Positions 7,002 to 13,301 of a stretch of 13,301 bases of DNA are shown here, piece by piece. Source of the stretch: Promethearchaeota archaeon (GTDB lineage Archaea > Asgardarchaeota > Lokiarchaeia > Sigyniarchaeales > SOKP01); NCBI GenBank assembly GCA_018238625.1, contig JABCSY010000108.1, positions 1-13,301 on the forward strand, read 5' to 3'. The number at the start of each line of letters is the position of its first letter. The first letter of the stretch is position 1. The notes below the pieces were generated by a model. That model was not told where the DNA came from. It saw only the letters and a program-made list of their open reading frames with translations, and ran no database searches. Position numbers and translations under genes: made by a program.

Positions 7002-8525
7002 ATGAGCGAAAAAATGAATGTATTATTTATAATAACTGATGCCCAAAGAGCTGATCATTTAGGATGTGCTGGAAACCCTATTCTAAAGACTCCAAATCTC
7101 GATAGATTTGCAAGCGAAGGCGTGAGATTCACTAATTATTATTGTACTAATCCAATTTGCATGCCTAATCGCGCAACTTTACTCACGGGGCTATATCCAA
7201 ATGTGCATGGCGTTAGAAGCAACGGAATAAATTTACCCGAAGATACTCCTACCATTACAAAAACGCTTCAAAAAAGAGGGTGGCATACTGCGGCTATTGG
7301 AAAAATACACCATCAATTTTGGCTAGGTCCCTTTAAGCAAAAAGCTAAGTCCGCTGAGAGTTTGTTTAGTTGGGCGGTAGATAAAGGTAAAAAAGATCCA
7401 GTGGGAAAGAATTTTCCTCTCCCATATTATGGCTACGACGAAGTGGAAGTAATTTCTGGGAATGGTACTGTGTGCGCTGGTCATTATACCGAATGGTTGG
7501 AAGAAAGAGCCCCTAAAATTGCAGAGGAAATGAAAAAAAGAGTTCAGAATTACGACAATCTTTTTAGTTTATATTGCGACGAAATACCAGAAGATTTATA
7601 CAATACTACCTATGTACAAGAAAGAACAATTGCTTTCCTCGAAAGATATGCCAAGGGTGATTATGGAGATAAACCGTTTTATTTGCATTGTTCTTTTCCA
7701 GACCCACACTACCCTCTATATCCACCTAAGAGATTTCGAGACATGTATAAACCAGAAGATATAGAACTCCCCGCAAGTTTTCAAGATGCAAAGAATTTAT
7801 ATCGCCATAAATATTTAGGATACCATTTGAAAAATCCGCCGTTTAAAAAAGCGTTCTTACGAGAATCAACGGAAGAAGAGGTTCGCAAGATTACTGCTTT
7901 AACTTATGCAGCTATTGGGTATGTAGATTATAGCGTAGGTAAAATACTAGCGTCTTTAGAAAAGTTGGGGTATTCAAAAAATACAATGGTAATTTTTACC
8001 AGCGACCACGGCGATTTAATGGGTGATCACGGGCTACTATTCAAAGGACCGTGTCCTTTTGTAGGACCTTGTCACATCCCTTTAATTTGGAAAGTACCCG
8101 GATTAACAAAACCAGGTGCGTCTCAATCTTTAGTTAGTACTATTGATCTTCCTAAAACGATTCTTAACCTTTTAAATGTAAAAGAGCGACACCACCCGCC
8201 TTATATGCAAGGTTTTGATATATCTCAGGTTTTAGAAAATCCAACTAAGGAAATAAGAGATTGCGTTTTAATAGAGAACGACGAAGAAGTCGGTCCTTTG
8301 GAAGCTCGGATAAGACATTTAATTACTGAAGATTATAAATTAACTGTTTACGAAGGGTTAGACGATTTTGGCGATATTTACGACCGTAAAAACGACCCTC
8401 ATGAATTGAATAATTTATGGGATAAAAAAGACTTCCGAGACGAAAGATTTAAGTTGGTAAATAAATTATTGCAGGAAAACCTTAAAGCACAATCTAAGTT
8501 TCCTAAGAGAGTTGCTGCTACGTAA
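7002..8525 (+). CDS. Cytoplasmic Cys-type (formylglycine) sulfatase, arylsulfatase/choline-sulfatase-like
   Basis: NVLFIITDAQR, TPNLDRFA, CMPNRATLLTG (CxPxR), GKIH, SFPDPHYP, FTSDHGD and YD...DPHELNNL motifs. No signal peptide. Confidence 0.95.
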   Translation: MSEKMNVLFIITDAQRADHLGCAGNPILKTPNLDRFASEGVRFTNYYCTNPICMPNRATLLTGLYPNVHGVRSNGINLPEDTPTITKTLQKRGWHTAAIGKIHHQFWLGPFKQKAKSAESLFSWAVDKGKKDPVGKNFPLPYYGYDEVEVISGNGTVCAGHYTEWLEERAPKIAEEMKKRVQNYDNLFSLYCDEIPEDLYNTTYVQERTIAFLERYAKGDYGDKPFYLHCSFPDPHYPLYPPKRFRDMYKPEDIELPASFQDAKNLYRHKYLGYHLKNPPFKKAFLRESTEEEVRKITALTYAAIGYVDYSVGKILASLEKLGYSKNTMVIFTSDHGDLMGDHGLLFKGPCPFVGPCHIPLIWKVPGLTKPGASQSLVSTIDLPKTILNLLNVKERHHPPYMQGFDISQVLENPTKEIRDCVLIENDEEVGPLEARIRHLITEDYKLTVYEGLDDFGDIYDRKNDPHELNNLWDKKDFRDERFKLVNKLLQENLKAQSKFPKRVAAT

Positions 8526-8546
8526 TAATAATTTAAATTATTATTA
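8523..8546. repeat. Perfect 24-bp palindrome TAATAATAATTTAAATTATTATTA over the sulfatase stop codon
   Basis: Sequence equals its own reverse complement. Confidence 0.8.
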
Positions 8547-8575
8547 AATTAAAGAATAACAGGTGTGAATATATA

Positions 8576-9499
8576 TTGGCATTGGAATTATATCAAATCG
8601 TAATTTTAATTTCTATAGGTGCGCTTGTAGGAATCAGCATAAGTTTCATAGGTCAAACGGGTTTAGGAATTGTGCTTCCTATTGTACTATTATTTACTGG
8701 AGATGTATTTTTAGCTATTGCCATAAATTTACTAAATGACTTGATTACAGCCGCCTTTGTGTCAATAGGATATCTCAGGAAAAGACAATTCAAAATTAGA
8801 GTAGATATTTTCATGATGATGATTATAGCCGTATTTATATCCTTTTTTGGCGTTTTTATATTGATGATAACTCCTTTAGGTAGGATTTTTGGATGGTTTG
8901 TTCCAATATTTGTAATGATTTTAGGGATTATCTTTCTCAAGCGAGGGTTTCCCACTTACGAATCCGTAAAAAAAATGGTTCAGAACATGGCACGCAAAAC
9001 CGTAAAAAAAGCAAAGAGTGAGGAAGAACTAGCTGAATTAAATAAAAAGATCGCCGAACAGTTAGCTTCTGAAACAGATACTATTCAAGGATTTATATCG
9101 CGCGATTCGCGATTGTTTTTTATATTAGCAATAATTTTTGGAATAATTATTGGTTTAAACTCAGGATTATTTGGAGCGAGTTCTGGATTATTTTTTGTAT
9201 TAGCGTTAGTTATACTTTACGGATACCCTCTTAAAAAAGGAGTTGGTACTGCTCTAATTCTGAGCATAATAATTGGCTTATGTACTTTCTCTTTTTATCA
9301 AATTTTTGGCATTACAATTAAAGGACGGTTCTTTTTTAATTTCGAACTTTCGTTTTATCTAGCAATCGGTTCGATTATATCCGGCATAATTGCCTCTACA
9401 TATATCCAAAAACTATCTGCTAAAACAATGGGGCGGGCTGTTGGGTTTATAATCTTCATATTGGGATCTCTGGCGCTGGCCTTTTACTTTATACCTTAA
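8576..9499 (+). CDS. TauE/SafE (TSUP) family sulfite/sulfoacetate exporter
   Basis: About 8 TM helices in two repeats with the G..G...G..G.G/SG...P pattern (GALVGISISFIGQTGLGIVLP; GIIIGLNSGLFGASSG; KKGVGTAL). AGGTG RBS at 8561, TTG start. Confidence 0.85.
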   Translation: MALELYQIVILISIGALVGISISFIGQTGLGIVLPIVLLFTGDVFLAIAINLLNDLITAAFVSIGYLRKRQFKIRVDIFMMMIIAVFISFFGVFILMITPLGRIFGWFVPIFVMILGIIFLKRGFPTYESVKKMVQNMARKTVKKAKSEEELAELNKKIAEQLASETDTIQGFISRDSRLFFILAIIFGIIIGLNSGLFGASSGLFFVLALVILYGYPLKKGVGTALILSIIIGLCTFSFYQIFGITIKGRFFFNFELSFYLAIGSIISGIIASTYIQKLSAKTMGRAVGFIIFILGSLALAFYFIP

Positions 9500-9510
9500 A
9501 TTAGTCAAAC
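9471..9510 (+). repeat. Direct repeat copy A (tauE 3' end plus 11 nt of UTR)
   Basis: 35/40 identical to 11683-11722; last 29 nt match 28/29. Confidence 0.9.
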
Positions 9511-9613
9511 ACAATAGTTTTATATTCAAAAATATACAAGAAAATAATAATAATTTATTAGAATTTTTAACTAAAATAGAATCAATCAAATAAAACGAAG
9601 ATAGGTAAAATAG

Positions 9614-10687
9614 TTGCCAGAAATCGGACATTTTATAATTGCCTTCGGCATAATATTACCCATTCTATACTTTTGCAAAGATAAATTTAATTATAAAGTA
9701 GCAGCGATATTTATTCTAGCCAATTGGATCGGTCCCGACTCTGCCCAGCCGTTTGGTTTTTTACCCGTTGATTTTCATTATATGATCCCATATCTTATAT
9801 GGGCGTTACCACTAGCACTATTCTATTCTTATTTCTCCCGATTTTCAGTTAAACGAAGCGAGAGTTTTGTCAAATTTGTGGACGACGGTAAGAGAGATGT
9901 AACTTGGAGGAATGCTTATCTGCTTTTAGTCTCTGGCGGATTGATCCATACTGCGTCTGACGCTATTTTTAGAAACAACTTGAAATTTAAATTTCTCGAA
10001 TTTATTTTTGAGCCAAAACTTCCTGAAATTAATCGTTATGGTTTTTTAGTTGACTTGGATATACCCGTATTGCAATTAATAGGCTATGTTGTATTGGTTA
10101 CGGTTTCTCTCTTGGCGGTATTTATTGTAGATCGAAAATTTAAGGACATATTAATCTTTTTCTTTACATTAATTGGCATAACTACTTTAATCGTATTCAG
10201 TTTTGGAGAGCGAGTAGTTGGTGGAGAATTTGATGTTGGAGTAAGCTTTATGACAATAATCTTTGTATTCATCCCTTTAATGCTACTTTTTTACGTCGCC
10301 AAGGACGTCAACGAACATCCTACTCCTACGCCGGAGAGACCGCGGATAAAACCCGAACTTGGTTTAAAAATTGTAGCAGGATTTTCAGGAATTGTTACGC
10401 TATTTTTCTTTCTTATTGGAACATTAGGTATTGTAGCCCCCAATATAGTTCAACAATTAATCGATTTTAGCGAAGGAGCATTCTTTGTTATAGGAATTAT
10501 ATTCATAGCCCTTGGGGCACTAGGTTTGTTAGGAACCATTGGTCTATTTTTCAAATTAAAGATTAGTCGCTATATCATCATGTATATGTGCATATTTATG
10601 ACACTATTTGTGTATCCATTGACAATCGTACTATATCTAAGCCAGGATAACGTAAAAGCTCTTTTCGATAAAAACTCCCGCGAATAA
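9614..10687 (+). CDS. Membrane-bound metal-dependent hydrolase (YdjM-like N-terminal domain) with extra TM helices
   Basis: MP..GH, ANWIGPD, DFH and GGLIHTASD give the H / PD / H / HxxxD ligand pattern; multiple TM segments. Confidence 0.7.
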   Translation: MPEIGHFIIAFGIILPILYFCKDKFNYKVAAIFILANWIGPDSAQPFGFLPVDFHYMIPYLIWALPLALFYSYFSRFSVKRSESFVKFVDDGKRDVTWRNAYLLLVSGGLIHTASDAIFRNNLKFKFLEFIFEPKLPEINRYGFLVDLDIPVLQLIGYVVLVTVSLLAVFIVDRKFKDILIFFFTLIGITTLIVFSFGERVVGGEFDVGVSFMTIIFVFIPLMLLFYVAKDVNEHPTPTPERPRIKPELGLKIVAGFSGIVTLFFFLIGTLGIVAPNIVQQLIDFSEGAFFVIGIIFIALGALGLLGTIGLFFKLKISRYIIMYMCIFMTLFVYPLTIVLYLSQDNVKALFDKNSRE

Positions 10688-10723
10688 TCCAAATTTTTTT
10701 TTAGTAAACAGTTTTATATTAAC

Positions 10724-10795
10724 TTGGTTAACAAGTTACTCCACGAAAATCTCAACGCACAAACTCGATATCCGAAAAGAATAGCTGGTACCTAA
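10724..10795 (+). pseudogene. 3'-terminal stub of a diverged sulfatase paralog
   Basis: LVNKLLHENLNAQTRYPKRIAGT* versus LVNKLLQENLKAQSKFPKRVAAT* (8454-8525): 16/23 aa and 52/72 nt, gapless, same stop position. Confidence 0.9.
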
Positions 10796-10801
10796 AATAA
10801 T

Positions 10802-10836
10802 GTAATTTGTAGCTTTTATTTACAAATTACTTTTTT
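10802..10836 (+). terminator. 10-bp stem hairpin followed by a T-tract
   Basis: GTAATTTGTA (10802-10811) / TACAAATTAC (10821-10830), then TTTTTT. Confidence 0.55.
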
Positions 10837-10943
10837 CTTATTCTTTACTTATAGTATTTAAGTATTAATTGTCTTAATTTTTAATAGAGGATCAATAATT
10901 TATAAAAATCAAATTAAAATTCACCATCTGGCGTATATTAAAT

Positions 10944-11681
10944 ATGTCTTCTGATAAGAGTGCCAATAAAAAAGCAGAATTGAATCCGCCTATAGTTTCT
11001 CCAATCTCACATATAATAACAATACCACAGTTTTCCGAGAAGAATCTCCCAATTCGCATGTGGAGTCGAATCTTTCTCTTTGGTTTGGTCTTGATTTCTA
11101 ATATTTTCTTTGGATATTTTGGGTATCTTTTAATATCACAACCCTCTCTAAATTTTATCTGGTTAGCTATTGATATTGCAATACTCATTGTGTTGAATAT
11201 TCTTGCGTTTTCTATCTTAATCCAAAACCATAATAATTTGCGTTTTTCCCTTTTTGCTGATTCTCCCTTTTTATATTATTCTATTTTGCAATATTCCATC
11301 AGGATTTACAAGAAAAAATATCCCCTTGAATTTGGCATGAATTTTCGTGTTATTCTGCACTCAATCATTGTTAATAAAACTCGAATTTCACTAGATGTCA
11401 AGCAATATCCCATGTTAGCCCTTCAATATCCGAACAAGAAACCCATTTTTTTAGAATCGAGCGGTTACTTAGAAGATCCCATCAAAATAGCTACTAGGTT
11501 GAATAAAATGTTATATCGCGCTCAAGTGTTATCTCAAGATCGAGATCATCAATCTCTACAAGTCGAAGAACCCCAGCTGGAAGTTGCAATCAAATGCAGG
11601 AAAAATAGAATAATCAAGAGATGGAATATTGGTTCAACTATTATTATTGTAATTATGATTATTGTAGCACTATTAATATGA
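10944..11681 (+). CDS. Hypothetical membrane protein (two N-proximal TM, soluble domain, C-terminal TM)
   Basis: 245-aa ATG-TGA ORF with a coherent hydropathy pattern; no recognised motif. Confidence 0.65.
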   Translation: MSSDKSANKKAELNPPIVSPISHIITIPQFSEKNLPIRMWSRIFLFGLVLISNIFFGYFGYLLISQPSLNFIWLAIDIAILIVLNILAFSILIQNHNNLRFSLFADSPFLYYSILQYSIRIYKKKYPLEFGMNFRVILHSIIVNKTRISLDVKQYPMLALQYPNKKPIFLESSGYLEDPIKIATRLNKMLYRAQVLSQDRDHQSLQVEEPQLEVAIKCRKNRIIKRWNIGSTIIIVIMIIVALLI

Positions 11682-11722
11682 TTGTCACTGGTTTTTTACT
11701 TTATAACTTAAATTAGTCAAAC
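11682..11722 (+). pseudogene. 3'-terminal stub of a diverged tauE copy (direct repeat copy B)
   Basis: TTG TCA CTG GTT TTT TAC TTT ATA ACT TAA = LSLVFYFIT* versus LALAFYFIP* of tauE, followed by an identical ATTAGTCAAAC. Confidence 0.85.
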
Positions 11723-11806
11723 TCTAATTTTTATTATGTTTATATAGAAAATAATATAATAGTTAACTACTCAAAATTATAATCAATAATAAGAAAGTTG
11801 GTTAAA

Positions 11807-13129
11807 ATGAGTGAAGTAAAAAAAGTTACAAAATTTACTACATTAGTAATTATTCTCGCTGCGATAATCGCTTGGATGCACGATGGTTACTCCTTAGTAT
11901 TAATTAGTTTGCTTGCAACGGAATTAAAGGTGTTCTTTGGAGTAAATGATGCTGCGATTGGGCTTGTTATATCGTTACAATTTGTATTTACTGTTCCAGG
12001 GGCTATTTTGTTTGGAGAGATAGGAGACCGATTTGGACGAAAGAAAGCTCTGATAATTTCTATAGCCTGGGATGCAATTTTTTCTTCCTTAACTGCTATA
12101 GTTCCTAGTGATGGATTTCTACTCTTTGCTGTATTGCGGTTAATTTCTGGACTTGGTGTTAGCTGGGGTATCGCTTTTTCTCTTATTTCTGAACACTTTG
12201 CGTCAAAAAGGAGAGGTGCGGCCGGAGGGCTGGTCCACTCAACATTTGTCGTTGGATATATCGCTGCTATAATTGTTACATTAATAATTGGGCCAATTGG
12301 GTGGCAATGGTGCTTCTTAACGGCTTTATTTCCCATTCCATTTATAATTCTCTTTTGGTTCGCTCTACCAGAATCAGCAGTTTGGAAAGAATACGATCAA
12401 GGGATGAAAGAACGGGAAGAAAAGCAAAAATTTAGAGTTAAAGAGATTTTTAGCTCCAAATGGCTCAAATTAACAATTTTATTAACTTTACTTTTCTGGT
12501 GCGCTGAAATCGCCTATCACTCGTTAGTTGATCTTGCTCCGGTCTTTTTCGAGTATCTTTTTGCTTTTCAAGGGGCGGCTAATCCAAAAAGTTCTGCGCT
12601 TATATATATGTTACTTTTAATGATGATTGCAGCGTTAGGGTTGTTTTTCTTTGGAGTTTTAAGCGATTACATAGGAAGAAAGAAAGCGTTTTTAATTGAC
12701 AATCTGTTTGGTATTTTTGGTGGTGCAATGTTTGCAATATTTGCCCTAGTTATTTTTAACAATTCAATAATCTTAACTTCAGCAATATTCATAACTCTTG
12801 GGTTTGGGTTACACGGTATTTTCGGCGTTTGGTCATCTGAGTTGTACGATACTGAGGTGAGAGCTTCAGCAAATTCAATTATCTTTTCTATTGCTCGGGG
12901 AGCGAGTTTTGGTGGATTTTTCGTAGGACTGATCTCTGATACCTTAAACCCTTACACAACTACAGCAGAACGATTAGCAAATCCTTTTATATCGCTTCAA
13001 GCATTAGGGACTGGTATGCTACTTAGCTTAGTAGCATTTATTGGGGTATTTATTGTTTTACATTTTGTACCGGAACCTAAAGATAAAACGATTACTGCTT
13101 TAAGTAAAACAGAAGTTCTTGAACCGTAA
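11807..13129 (+). CDS. MFS transporter (organic acid/aromatic acid or sugar-acid type)
   Basis: 12-TM pattern, motif A GEIGDRFGRKK and GVLSDYIGRKK, LPES, SELYDTEVRA, VPE. ATG 11807 preferred over TTG 11798. Confidence 0.93.
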   Translation: MSEVKKVTKFTTLVIILAAIIAWMHDGYSLVLISLLATELKVFFGVNDAAIGLVISLQFVFTVPGAILFGEIGDRFGRKKALIISIAWDAIFSSLTAIVPSDGFLLFAVLRLISGLGVSWGIAFSLISEHFASKRRGAAGGLVHSTFVVGYIAAIIVTLIIGPIGWQWCFLTALFPIPFIILFWFALPESAVWKEYDQGMKEREEKQKFRVKEIFSSKWLKLTILLTLLFWCAEIAYHSLVDLAPVFFEYLFAFQGAANPKSSALIYMLLLMMIAALGLFFFGVLSDYIGRKKAFLIDNLFGIFGGAMFAIFALVIFNNSIILTSAIFITLGFGLHGIFGVWSSELYDTEVRASANSIIFSIARGASFGGFFVGLISDTLNPYTTTAERLANPFISLQALGTGMLLSLVAFIGVFIVLHFVPEPKDKTITALSKTEVLEP

Positions 13130-13154
13130 AAAGTCAAAAAATAAAGCAAAATTT

Positions 13155-13301
13155 TTAATTTAATTTTTTTTTCAATTCTTTCAATCTTTCTTTTATTTGA
13201 TAAGCTGCATTATCGATAATGTTCCCGGCTATGAAAGAGGGCTCATTTTTTACTTTTTCTTTTAAGATCTTAACTTTTAACTTTAAACCTTCGTCTAGAG
13301 T
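13155..13301 (-). CDS. 3' end of an unidentified gene entering from the right edge
   Basis: Minus frame is open from 13301: TLDEGLKLKVKILKEKVKNEPSFIAGNIIDNAAYQIKERLKELKKKLN*, stop at 13157-13155, converging on the MFS gene. Confidence 0.6.
   Translation of the reverse strand, partial: TLDEGLKLKVKILKEKVKNEPSFIAGNIIDNAAYQIKERLKELKKKLN

Noticed and set aside
8653-9631. Minus-strand ORFs 8653-8955 and 9413-9631
   Set aside because: Antisense to tauE or spanning its end. The first has the I/K/N/P-rich composition typical of the reverse frame of TM-coding DNA; neither has a recognisable motif.
10084-12336. Minus-strand ORFs 10084-10272, 10892-11188 and 11887-12336
   Set aside because: Antisense shadows of membrane-protein genes with better-supported plus-strand frames.
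13208-13221. 14-bp palindrome CATTATCGATAATG
   Set aside because: Single copy inside a probable coding frame with no regulatory context.
1-13301. CRISPR array, canonical integron attC sites, rRNA or tRNA genes
   Set aside because: No regularly spaced repeats, no convincing RYYYAAC...GTTRRRY folded sites, no cas or integrase gene, and no RNA-gene signatures seen.

Overview
AT-rich (roughly 30% GC by eye) archaeal-type window. The gene content points to Asgard/Lokiarchaeia-like origin (inference from a membrane-anchored longin-like protein, sequon-rich ectodomains and frequent TTG/GTG starts). Left to right: 3' part of a GH57 amylase/4-alpha-glucanotransferase; a 2-TM protein; minus-strand U32-family Fe-S protein and pcm; a 749-aa single-pass receptor-like glycoprotein with a cytoplasmic longin-like domain; a 391-bp non-autonomous IS200/IS605 (tnpB-type) element with both end hairpins and an apparently intact omegaRNA scaffold, inserted next to a sulfatase promoter; then sulfatase, TauE/SafE exporter, metal-dependent membrane hydrolase, hypothetical membrane protein and MFS transporter. 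The most unexpected signal is that intergenic spaces of the sulfatase cluster hold short, stop-free 3'-terminal stubs of diverged copies of the cluster's own genes (sulfatase stub 10724-10795, tauE stub 11682-11722) in the original gene order. All calls come from manual reading; no searches were run.
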